From NCBI GenBank assembly GCA_012295275.1, contig CM022671.1:15810001-15874000 (forward strand): 64,000 bases of DNA, read 5' to 3'. Source of the DNA: Chrysomallon squamiferum. Its lineage: Eukaryota; Animalia; Mollusca. The translations under genes were made by a program, and so were the position numbers. Each line of letters opens with the position of its first letter. The first letter of the stretch is position 1. Positions 33,454-47,009 of the stretch are shown here, one piece after another. The notes under the pieces are model-generated. The model had not been told where the DNA came from. It searched no databases and worked only from the letters and a program-made list of their open reading frames with translations.

Positions 33454-35762
33454 TTAACAGTTCCTGTACTTGTCAGATCGTATTCTGATAGCTTTCAGAT
33501 ATTCATCCATTCTTCTGTTTAAGCCATCAATCATTCCAGACAGCTCTACTAATGTCTTTTCATTTTTCACAAAGTCTTGTTGTATACCTGAAAAGAAAAA
33601 AAAGGTTAATGATAATAATTTAATTCTAGACTAAAGTTTAACTGGTGCATAAAATGTGTTTATTCAGAAAAGTGATTTAATATGAAGAATATGAATTGCA
33701 AAAAACACTTCAGAGCTGTAGTAAATCAACACAATTGGATACTGATGTTTCTGTATTTATTTTATCAAATATTTTTAAAGACATCTTTTTACGACTAAAG
33801 AAACTAAATGTAATACAAAGAAAAATACTGCTGAGTTTAATTGAATAGCCAGATAATCTTGGAAACAAAAATTTAATAGTAATAAATTCTAATTACTGTT
33901 ATATTTTGGATAAGATCACTGAACTATTATTTCAGCATCTGAGTATGCAGTACATACATCTTTTTGACTGACTGAAAAGCTCTTTTATCATTAAATTATA
34001 AACTACCCAATGGTATAAAAAAAAACAATTCATTAATATTCACATTATGGGCTTTTCATATACTATGAAATTAGAAAACAAGTTGGTAATGGTGCTTACT
34101 CTTTAACTTGTCAAACTTATTCAGTGTATCTGCTGCCAAATTATCTGCCCTTTTCTTGAGTGCAACTGCTCTCGCCTGAGCTTCTGATGTCATGTTATAC
34201 TTTGTGTTAAGCTGACCAGATGTATCTTGGTATATCTTATCAAGATCTTTAGCATTCTAAAACATTAAATCAGTTTAATTACAAAAAATTCAATTTATAT
34301 ACAATTCTATTTTATTTTTAATATATTTTTCACTGCTCGTATATGTATAGCTGAATGGCTGAATATAATTATTATTTTTTATCTGAATAAAACATTTTTT
34401 TTTTTAATGATTTGTATTTCTAGTGCAATGAATAAAATTTTTATTATTATTCACAGTAATTCTGCTAGTACTGTTAAATATATAAAATTCTAAGTAATTT
34501 CTATATGTAAAAATGTATTATATATCACTCATATGAATAAAAACTATGTAAATAGATAGTTAAAATTAACTTTATTTCAGCTATTTATCCAAACATTTAC
34601 CTGTTCTGCTTTGTCAGTTAAATCAGCTGCTTCTTGAGCAGCCTTCTCAGCCATATTCACATCAATCTCATTCTGAATGTACTGCTTCTTCAAATCCTGC
34701 AGTCGAGCCTTCAGTTCATTAATGATCTTCATACTGTTAGATGATATATCTGCAGCTGCTGTGGTTTCAGACTCAATCTAATGTAACAAGTATATAGTAA
34801 GGTTGACTTTACAACAGACGTTAAATTTCATAATTTGATAAAACTTTCTTTAGTATATTAAAGCTGTTAAATATTAGTTATTGCTAGTATCTGTTAATAT
34901 TTTTTTAATTCAGTATCAATTTTATTGTTGTCCTACTGTTCAATATTTATAATGTGTCCATAATAGTCTGATAAAAATTAAAAAGGCTAATGCAATAAAG
35001 AAAATCAGTCAATATGAGAAAATTGTATATGTTAACCATTGTCAGGTCTTGCTGAGCATCTTCAATGTTTTGTTCGGCTTTTTTAATAGCTTTTTCAGCC
35101 TCTTCTTGAGCCACTTTGGCACCTTCCAGAGCTTTGCGGATGTCTTCTGCTGTGTTAAGAACAGCCGATGCATCATTACTGAATATTAAAAGAATGAAAT
35201 TTTCTTATTCCAAATCAATTGTAGATTATCTGCATCTTAGCAGATGCGTGTACTCATGAATGCACAATAAATATATATTTATTTTTAATTAAAAGGTATG
35301 AAACTATTTTGTGGTTCTGCAAGTTGTATTCTATATAAACTGATAATGTAAAAAAAAAGGAGATAGTTTCAGGATAAGTCAAGACATAATGAAGAAAAAG
35401 GTATTAAAAGTCACTAAAAAGAAATATCTATTATTTATCCTGACATGTTTCTGACATGTTACATACAAATTGTTAAATAATAAACTCACGCTGCTGAATC
35501 TGCTCGTTGCTTCAACCTCTTTGCTAAAGCTAGATCATCTCGAGTGTCCTCCAAGATGGAATCAATGTCCTGGAGACCCTGGATAGTCTGGTTTATTTTA
35601 TCAGCGAGATTCTGAATTTGTTTTGGTGTCAGGGAAATACTTATAGCCAAGACCTCCTTAGCAACCTTGAGAAATAAATTTAAAAAAACATTTGAAAGAG
35701 ATAAATAACATTCATTATATTTTTATCTACTGGATTCAGAATAAATGATGTGTTTTCTTAAT

Positions 35763-35799
<37 letters not shown>

Positions 35800-38700
35800 T
35801 CACTCACTCACTGACACACACACACACACACAGATACACTCGACAGACTCACACATACATGATATATTTTTGTAATTGTTGGATTTGGAATTTCAAACTG
35901 AACATGTGTAATCATGATAACGTAGGTGTGAAATATTCCCTCCTAATAAAAGATCAGGTTAACTAACAAAACATCTGGTTACAGTACTTTTCAAAAGTAT
36001 GTTAAATAACGTCTATCTAGTAAAGAATGCTGCTCTTACTGATTCAATATCATCAGGAGAAGCCCGTTTGTCATGGAGGAAGTCTCGGATGTTATTAAAC
36101 AGTGTTTCCAGTGATGATCGTGCTGCTTCTGACTGGTTTTTGGCATTCAGAGCCAAATCATATGCCATTTTAGCATCTACCTTAGCCTCCTCTGCATTGT
36201 GTTTAGCCTGTTGTATCTGGAAAAAAGAAAAAAAAAAAGGAATTTGAGAAAAATTTGTTAGAAAACAATTTTTTATATTCTACATATTATTAAAAACACT
36301 GAATCATAGACAGACTTTACAATTTGTGACTTGTAATATTAGCTTTCGTTGTGTCTGTTGAATCATACAAAGAAAAAGTCCATACATGCTTTGCACAATT
36401 TAGCTACAAAATCTGTCTTACAAAACCTATTTAATTACTGTAGTGTAATAAAATTAACTAAAGTATATATTTGAAAACAATTATTTAATAACTATGTAAA
36501 CTGTATATTCTCTCTATTTTTTAAGTAAACTGTGCTTTTTATGCAAAAAGCAAACCATACAACTAAAATACCAGCAGGTGTCTTCAGGTAACCTCAATGA
36601 AAAGTTCTTGTTTTATTATAAAACATAAATTGTTTCTGAGCACACATATAATAAATTCAGAGATGATAACTGTATAATCAACTGCATATTAAAACTTACT
36701 TCTGTCAGCAAAGTGGTGGCTTTCTCTTCCTTCATGGTCAACAACTCTGAGGCCTGCTTAGACAACTGCAGAGCATTATCAGCCTTGGTGACAGCTCCAT
36801 CTCCACAACTTGGACCACCACATCGATTACATCCACCACCACCACAAACATCATCACAAGGATCTCCAGGCTGCCCACAAACCTGTAAAGAAAAATGAGA
36901 TTACCTTTTTTGAACTTCATTATTTTTCTCAAATAAATACTAACAAAAAAATAGTGATGATTCTATAGTCTTATAGGTAATCATTTCACATTAAGCATGC
37001 CTATCTTTTTTAGAAATAACTAACCAGTTTTTCTGGAGTGTGATTTTCAAAAATATGTGGAATAAAAAACATTATTTGAAGGTTGGGCATTTTATTTAGA
37101 ATTGAATTCTTATTATAACATGTTTACACAAGTTCCATTTCTATTGTAATTAGTATTTGAGATTAATAATAAATTTAATTGCTTTCTTATTCAAAAAAAG
37201 AAAAAAAAAAAAAGTTTATAGACTGAATTTCTCACCATTTGGTTAAGGGTGGACAGTCTTCCACCTAGATCTGAAATCTTGCCATCCATGTCATTTAAAG
37301 ATTCTTTGTTCTGTTTCAGTTTTTCATCAAAATCCCTCTTTCTCTGGTTTATGAGATTCTCCACTTGTTGTCGTGTTCGCTCAGACTGTGAAATCAGTGG
37401 CCTAGTCCCATCCACTTTGCGCTGTGCCTCCTGGGATTTCAGCTTTGCCTCTTTTATGATGTTGAAAGCACCTGTAACATACAATACAACAATGTAAAAA
37501 TACATTGACTATAATTAATGGTGTGATTCAAATTAACTTCATGATGAAATTATATTTTTAGTGTACTTTTAGATAAAATATTTTAAAAAAAAAAAACGTT
37601 ATACATGGGTTTCCCCTTGTTTTGTTTTTTTAAATGATTTTAATTATACATATCATTTAAACAGAAAAAGAAAAAGAAACATGTATTAATTGATATATAT
37701 TTATGATTTGTTAGTGGCATTATAAATCAAAAGGAACATAAAAATAATGTAAATATGAGAAAAATTAGATTTCCCAAATAACTTTGAATCTAAAGATCTT
37801 ATTTTTAAAGCTAACAAAATGGAAAGAATGTTAAAATTTTATGTACACCATATTAATTTATACAATGGAAATTTGGTATTATTTTGACATTTTATTCAAA
37901 ACAGTTCAACTTGCCCTCAACATCCCTGGCTTGTATTTCAGTAGCATTGTTTCTCAGTTGTTCAGCAGCTTTTTTCAGATCATTCACTCTCTGTTTCAGT
38001 GCAGCAATCTTGTTATTGCCAATCTGTACGCGGGCAGTTGTATTACTTAGCTCTTTGTCTATGTTATTCAGCATTTTATTGTTATCTGTTAGATTTTTTC
38101 TGAAATTTTAAAACAATAATAATAAATAAATAAATTAAATGTAAAATCCATTTAATTTATTTCATTATATGAATAAGATAAATTCCTCTTTTTTTTCGAA
38201 TTAATTTAATGCAAATAAAAGTCAGTGAAAAATTTGTAAGAGGAATGTTAATGAGTTTGTCTGCAATAAACTGGTCCCATCTGATAGACCTGTCTCACTT
38301 GCAGAATATTAAAATAAATCTGTGAAAAGTATTGTTAATTCTTATAAGTATCCTCTCTATCTCATGAAATAATTATTTCTCAATTATTTTGAAGACAAAT
38401 CATTTACAATTATACAATATATACAACTAACCTGATGTTATCCAGCATTGTTTCTATGTCTTTGACATCAATTTTAGTTATATTTGCACTATCCAGAATG
38501 TGCCTTATTTCATTAATGTTATTTTGCATTTGTTTGAATTCATCATCAAATGCTTTTATAGCACCTGTCACAGAAATGTTGTTGGCTGTTTCCACAAGAT
38601 TCTGAGTCTGATCTGTAAAATAATCCAAAAATTAATTTTTGTAAGAATTAAAACCAAAGAAAATATATTATTTAAAATATTTTGTAATCATAGTTTGCAT

Positions 38701-41700
38701 TGTTACCAAAGATACTCTATCATAATTCAAAACTTATTGTACCACTAATATGTTAAATATGAAATACAAATTAAAAAATATATATATATATGGATAAAGT
38801 TAATGACAGTTTAAACGAAAATAAATTGTTTGCATGCTTTGTTCTTATACATAAGCAATTCAATGCAGCTTTTAAGAATGACAAATTATTTCTTTACTGA
38901 TTTAGATTACAAGTTTTAGGCCTGCAGTATCATAAATATAGTAAATACTGCAGTTAACATTTTGATTCTGGTACTGAAATTTCTATCAACTCAAATGCAT
39001 AAATACCTCTGAGCTCTCTAACAATTCGATCCCAATTATCAAAGCATTCACCACATGGTTTACAATGTGGAAGTTCACCAGTGGTTCCTCTAGCACAGGT
39101 ATCACATTTATAACCTGTAACACCCTGCATGCATTTACACTGTCCAGTACGACGATCGCACTGCATGGATGAAGATCCTTGAGGGTTACAATCACAGGCT
39201 GCAAATAATTTTTAAAAATGCATTAAAACCAAAATCTTAAAACAATAATATAAACAAAAATGGTTTCTAATGTCAGCTGTATTGAAGTTTAAAATTAGAT
39301 TTAAAAACAAAAATAAAATAAATATAAAAATAATAATAATGATAATGGAAAAATGAATCAAAACTCATAGACATATGCCTACTGTAATAAAACAAAACAA
39401 AAAAAGATTTCTAGAAATGATTGGAATTACCTCTAAGCAAAAATAAAATTGTAATAAATATATAAACTTTAAACTCACGATAACACTGATGATTAGGGTC
39501 TCCCCAGAAGAAATCTTCACAGTCACTACATGTTCGTCCACCTCGGCCTGCTTTACAAGAACATTGACCTTCAAGCTTAAAAAAATATAAAATATTTAAA
39601 AACCAAAATAAAAAAAAATAAAGAATAACAAAAAACAAACTAGCAAATAAAGTAATATTTACCTTAAGTATATTTTACAGAATGTGCTGTCTGCTTGAAA
39701 ACTACAAGCTGCTTTAATATAACTAATAATTAACATGATGTAAAATTTGAAAATCTGAGGTCCATATCACAGCATTAGATTGATTATGATGCATCTAATT
39801 TCACACCCATAATATTTAATAACCAAGCAATATTTTTGAGGTTTACCTGAGTGCAATCATCTGAGTGGGATCCAGTAGGATCACAACTACAGGCATCACA
39901 TCCTCGACCGCTAGCAAGGTTCCAGTGCCTTGGAGCACATCTGTCACATGACAGACCAATGACATTTGGCAGGCATGGACACTGGCCAGTACGTCGGTCA
40001 CATTCACCAGCAGCAGAATTTGTTCCGAGACTATTGCAGACACATCCTTAAAAATGCAATGAGAATTATACCTAGCAATATTTAATTTGATAGTAATATT
40101 TTTAAAGGCAATACTGAAGAAATTTTTTAATTGTTTATATCTATGTAGATAACTCATAGGTAGCAATAAAAACATATAAAAATAGTAACAGGGGGTCACA
40201 TTCATACCAATTAACATTTTTAAAATTAATTTAATAAAAATGTTATATTAGCATTACAAGATAGAATGCTGCATTTTTTCCATAATAGAAACTAGAATTT
40301 GTAATAGAAATAAAATTTAAAAACTACATATAATAGTAATAGAAATGGTTACTGTATCATTTTTACAAGAAATATGGTAAAGCAAAATCAGTTTATACTA
40401 ACGTTTACAGTCTTGGTTGGTGGCATCACCATAGTAACCAGCAATGCAATGTTCACAGCTAAAACCTTCTGAATTGTAGAGACATTTTAAACATTCTCCT
40501 GTAGAGGCATCACAATTTCCTGGTCTGTCAGGATCAATGTTGTTATTACAGAAACATGGCTCACATGTTCCACCAGGTTGTAATGGATTCCCAAAATAGT
40601 TTGTAGCACATCTATCACAACTTTCACCTGATAAAATTTTGATTAAAAAACAGGTTTTGGTTATTTTGTATTTAAAACAAAAATCAAACTAGTAACTTCT
40701 ATTATTTAATTTTCTAACTTGTCAGTGATGATATTAAATATGCAGTAAACAAATTTTTATTAAATTAAAATTAAAAACAATTTAAAAAGTAATTGTAGGT
40801 TTATTTTTCTCCAGGCTGTTAGTATAAGTATAAGAAATAATTTGTTTTATTACAATAATTACAATACATCTATACACACACAGATACACAGATAATGTTT
40901 TTCTAAAAATGTGCAAAAAGCTTAAAATTTATGTTGAAAATGCAGGGTCACACAACTGAATTCTAATCTTGAAAACAGGTAAATGTTATCAATATATTCC
41001 TTTTCCTGAATGGAGGATAAAAGCTTAATATTTAGTTGCCTGAAGGTTCAAAATACTAAGTTATATAACTGTATTCTAACCTTGATATCCAGGAAGACAA
41101 TGGCAAATGACAGACTGTGTGCGACGATCCAAACTGCAAGTACTGGCATGCTGATTGTTTGAGGTAGGTCCACCTGGACACAAACATGGCTTGCAGGGAA
41201 TACCAACACCAAGCCTAGGATCACCATAGTACCCATCTGTACATCTAGAAAAAAACACAAAAAACCCACATTTGTATGTCTTTAAAAAAGTCACTTAACT
41301 CACTCCTAAATTACCTTTCAAAATTTAATACATTTACTTAATGTTATAGCAATGTGCTTCAAAAATGATTTTACATTTGACACTACCGTGATCTTACAAA
41401 AAAACAAAAAAAAACTCTTTTGACAGGTTATTTTAGTTTTTAAGAATAACCATTTAAAATAAAAATGTGTTGCAGCTGCAAACCCACCTCTCACAACTAT
41501 TGCCAGCTGTGTAGTTTCTGCAGCGCAAACACTGACCACTCAGATTGTCACATTCGTCTGCATTTCCATTACATGAGCATGGCCGACACTGTGGGAATCC
41601 CCAGAAGCCTCTGTCACAAGAATCACACATCCGACCAAAGGCATTGGCTATACACGAACACTGTCCAGTCTGTTCATTACAGAAATTGTCTCTTGATCCA

Positions 41701-44700
41701 ATGTTGTGGCAGTTACAGGCTGCAATTAAATATAGAAATAAATAAATATTAAATAATCCTATCAATACACTGGATATATTTTTGTATGGCTGTAATTAAA
41801 AAGAGAAATAAATATTAAATTAATTCTATAAATGTTTTTGAATATATTTTTGGATGGCTATCACTAAACATAGAAATAACTAAATATTAAATAATTTTAT
41901 ATAAAAAAAGTTTCAAAATACTTTTGGAGGGTGGTAAATTAATAAAAAAAATAATTGTTAAATAATTCTATAAATGTATTGGATATATTATTGGATATAT
42001 ACAGAGAAAGAACAAAAAATATGATACTTACGAGTACATCCATTTGGTCCAAATCCAAAGGTACCAGGAGCACAGTGATTACACTGTCTACCTACAACAT
42101 GTGGTTTACACTGGCACTGGCCTCCCTCAATGTTACATTCCCGACTAAGAGATCCAACTGGATTACACTCACAATCTGAAAATAAAAGAGGAATTATGAT
42201 GATTTTTTTTAACACCATATTCAACATTATCATAATTACTTCAACAGGATACCATATGGTGATTTGAAAGGGGAATGAAAATAAAATATTGCCCATTTAA
42301 TTTTCTCACACAATACTTGTGATTTCCTGTGTCCTATGTCAAGATAACTGAATTAATTCAAATAACATGTCTAATGATTTTAAAATCATAAAAATTATGT
42401 ATTTCATTTTATTTATTTATTTATTGTTGTGGAAAGAAAATTATCAGAGAAAGATATTCTAATAGAAGGGGATGGTATCAGACTTACAGAATAAATAGAA
42501 AGGAATAAGGGGCATTTGAGCTGAAGACTGGGAATCTAGGGCCAATTACCCTTAGGGGTTTGATAATCTCTGATTAAGATGTTGTTCTATCTACTGAGAC
42601 TTTCTTAAAATACTGACTGTTTGTTACACATACCTACAGCTCCATTATGCATGACAGATGATATGCTAAAGATGTGGTTTTTGCAAAGTTCTGAGAGTTC
42701 CATCTGAATGGAAGAAAACTGCATCTCTCTACATCTATGTCTAATGAAATCATTTTTATAATATTCTGGCAATCCAGGTCCTTGGAAAATTGGAATATAG
42801 TCTGTGGATGGAACAAGTAGTATCTGAAATAAAATAAAAAATAAAGTACAATCTCCATCAAAATACTTTTTTCTTATTGTTTTTATTAATGCATCAATAT
42901 AGCAATGTCAAAAATTGATTTCTTTGCTGATAAATATTACTGTTTTTGAAATCTTTAATTAAGAAAAAAAATTAAAATGCAAAAAGAAACATAAGTATAC
43001 TATACAATTTTTGTCATCTATTTACTCTGTGTCAATACTGTAATATAGTTGAAATTAAGAGTTAAAACAAATGACACAAAGATTTTTTTTTTTCTTGTTT
43101 ATATAAAAAGAATGAAACGTTATCATGTAATATTGTTAAAGTATGGAAACTTACCGAGTCAACATACATAGTTGCATCAGGTGTCTGTGTTCCTGTCTTG
43201 TACCGATTGAAATCAATTCTTATCTTATACCGCTTTCCACTTTCAAGACAAGATGGAGGAGATACTAGTGAGTAACGTGCACCTGAAATAAATTTACATT
43301 CGTATGAAAAAAAAGAAGTATGCATCATCATTAGATTAGTGATAATGAAGAAATGTATTTCTAATCTTTCTTTGTTTCCACTCATATTATATTTTTGGAA
43401 ATAATATCCAATTAAAATGGTTGTTTTACATTTTTATTTTTGTATAAGAAATATAAAAACTAGAACAAATTCCTTTCAGTGATCATTTTTTGATTGACAA
43501 TGTCAAGACATAATAAAAACACTCACCAGGCTGAATAGAAGTTGTTTTCTGATCATCCTGTGGATCAGTGCCTGCACAAAGACCATTGGGATCCACAGCA
43601 TCAGGTCTGATTAGAGTTACCCTAATATCATCCCATGCCTCATTCATCTAAAAAGAAATTAATAATTTTTTGTCAAAGCATATAACTTTAACAACTGAGG
43701 TACTTTTTAAAAGAGATAGTTTAAAAAGCAAAACTATAAAATTTTGAAAAAAGTGAAAGAAAATATCATCTATCAGTGAAGGATTCTATATACATAAGCA
43801 CATGAACAAAGAATAGAATGTTAGTTCAAATATTATTCATTTAAATATTAACTGATTGGAAATGGACTTAGCTTATCAAGCTAATTTTCTATCACTAAGC
43901 TAATGCCAGCTCAATATACAATTTTGACCCAGTCCTTACAAACTATAAATTAATGTGATAACAAACTGAAAATAATGATAATTAAAAATAAATAAATATA
44001 AAGTATTGTATTACTCCATATAGCAATAATAATTTCTGATGGACAATGTAAATAACTTTTTAAAATCCCTCAACCATTTATCAATAAATAATAATGAAAG
44101 TTCTTTTAAGGTGATCAAAATACATAATATAAAAAAAAAAAATATGTAATATAAAAACAAATTCTTTTTTTTTTACACAGAGAAAGATAAGCAAAACAAA
44201 CAAAATAATAATTCAAGTAATAAAAAAATAAAATTATAAAACAGAAAAGTAAAAGTTTGAAAAAGATTTCAAAAACAGAAGTAGACATTACTGTAGATAT
44301 AAAAATCATGCTGCAACAATGAATATTAAAGTGATAAAATACAATTTATGTCATAACATAATAGGATTACCCATGCATTAAAACAATTAACTTACCATTA
44401 ATAGCTGGCTGATAATTTAAAATGAAATAATATTTATAGCATTTAAATTAACAATTAAGAAAACATTATTTTTTCTGTAAGGAAATTAATTGTATAGGTT
44501 AAAAAATAAACAGCTGTTTTAGTTCTTTTAATGATTCTGTGTCAATGAATAAACAAAGTGATATCAGATTTTTACTGTTTAAGTGTTCTAAAATATAGTC
44601 ACTAAATTTACAGTGACTTACATTTATCTGCTGTGTCGTTATTTTATGGGGGTGGACAGAATCTGAGTTTCAAAATCCAGTGGTTACACAGTGAGATAAT

Positions 44701-46972
44701 TTATAGTATATTTCTAAAACACCTGCATTTTAATTCAAACTAGTAATAACTCATATATGTCAGGGAAGAAAGACAGAGATATTTCTTAAACATTTAAATG
44801 GCTTCATGTTCATACATCTGATTCTGATGTAACAGTTAGGTATCTCAAGGTACAAAAACATCTTTAATTGTGTTTTCAGTGTTCAGTTATTTTCTAATTA
44901 TCAAAATACACGTTACACACTCAACTTGTGACTAAAGTCTGAACTTACCCGTGGGTCATATCTGATTACAACATCATAGAATGTTGGGAAAGCAACACTG
45001 TTCACAGTAAACTCAATACTGTCCCCTTCCATTACTTGCATGTATCCAGGACCTGTCCAGTAGGAAGGACCATCAGAAAAAGGTTCTCGAATGTATACTC
45101 GTGCATTCTAAAATATGAAATAACAAAATGAGCTCAGAAAAATTTTCTGCAAAACCTGGACACAAAATCATTATAACCTAATAGCAAACAATAGTTAATG
45201 CACTTTTCACTGTATGAGTAATCAATGCTGCCAAATGTTTCAAATGTAATCTTTTAATCCCAGATTAAATATTCTTGTAACTAATGTTATAAAATTTAAT
45301 TTGAAGATACCAAGAATTATACAGCTGTTGTGTAAAAAAAATGATTTTAATTTTCAAAGATGCAACTTTAAAAATCTAGTTTTAAACATTACCAATTCAG
45401 TTTTTCTAAAGTTACAGGTTAACAATTTTTTTCATTTTCATATATTCTTATCTTTGTTTCTGTATTATTTCCATAAAGTACAAAAAATACCTTAAATTTT
45501 AAAAAATATAAATAAATATAAATAAATTTAAGACACTGTATCTCCATCAATTAAGGATTTTTGGCGTTTTGGTGTTTTTTTTTAATGGTAAACCCTAAAA
45601 CAAAACATCCAAAGCAATATAAGCAGTATAGCTTACCCCCAAACCACGGCCAAATTCTGCTTCATAGAGATAGAAGTCAAGATTGGTATAGAAGTAGCCA
45701 GACTGAACTTGTTTACAGTGACGTCCAATAATATGTGGTCTGCAGGTGCACTGGCCTGTCTGCTGGTCACATGACTCACTGAGAGCTCCACCAATGTCAC
45801 AGTCACAGGAATCACAACCGTAAGGACCTGCACTCAATCCATAGAAACCAGGCTATAATAAAAAAAACATTCACAATCATGTGTAATTTACTTACAGTAT
45901 TTATTTCCCAAATACTTACAACCATCAGATATTATTATTAGTTTTCAAACTTGATAATTTAAAAAAATATTATTGCATCATGAAATAACATATAAATCTA
46001 TTTTAACAGCATATTTAATAGTTGACAAAAGTAGTTTGGTAATGAACATCTTATGACTTACGTAGGCTGTTGGATTAAATTTATTACTGTCATAAAAATC
46101 TGAATCAAAAGCTTACAAAAATACAATATTTAAAAAAAAATGGAATGAACACTGTTAATGAATATGTGACTCAGTTAGTAGCAGAATGTTGTGTCATTGG
46201 ATTTTTGTTAATATATTTTACTTATTCACATGTATGAATCAAAGTTTTCAAATTATACTTACATAACATCTATCACAGTTATTTCCAGTAACAAATCTCT
46301 TACATCGACATAAACCTGTTTGCTGGTCACAACCAAGATCACCAATGGTACCCAGAGGATCACAGCTACATGCTGAAAAAATAAAACCAAATATGGATTA
46401 CAATAATTATTTATTAAAATTATTCAAGTGTTAAATCATAATAAATGTTTTTCCCAAATTGTCACTTCTAACTCCATCATAAATCTTAACATTTCCTCTC
46501 ACTAATCTGATTGAAATATCAAACCAAAATAATGTCATTTGGTAGGAAATAAAAAATAATTTTCAATATCAAATAAAACTGTTTTTTAACACTTTACACC
46601 ATGTTATAAAACTGACCATTTTAAACAGTAAAAAGTAAAAGAACATTTTCCAACTAAATATAAGTAGAAATACCTTCACAGCCATTTGGATTGTCTTCTT
46701 GAAGATTCCAGTAATTGTCAATGCAAGTGTCACAACGTTTGCCTGTCACAAACTGTTTGCAACGACATCGTCCAGCTTCTGTTCCATACAGTGGATCTGT
46801 TCTGCCTTCACATTCACCATTTCTCAAAGATCCAGATGGATCACAGTCACATGCTTTAAGAGAAATAATACACATTTATTCAAAAATGTTTTCCCTCTGA
46901 AATGTCTGGTATTTTCTTACTATTTCACTTCTAACAGTCAATACTGTTTTGCTGTTATTATTACTATTTTAC

Positions 46973-47009
<37 letters not shown>

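Noticed and set aside
42488-42569. Exon-like segment in laminin intron 13
   Set aside because: 82 nt (frameshifting), weak acceptor, no laminin similarity, and the flanking exons join cleanly without it.
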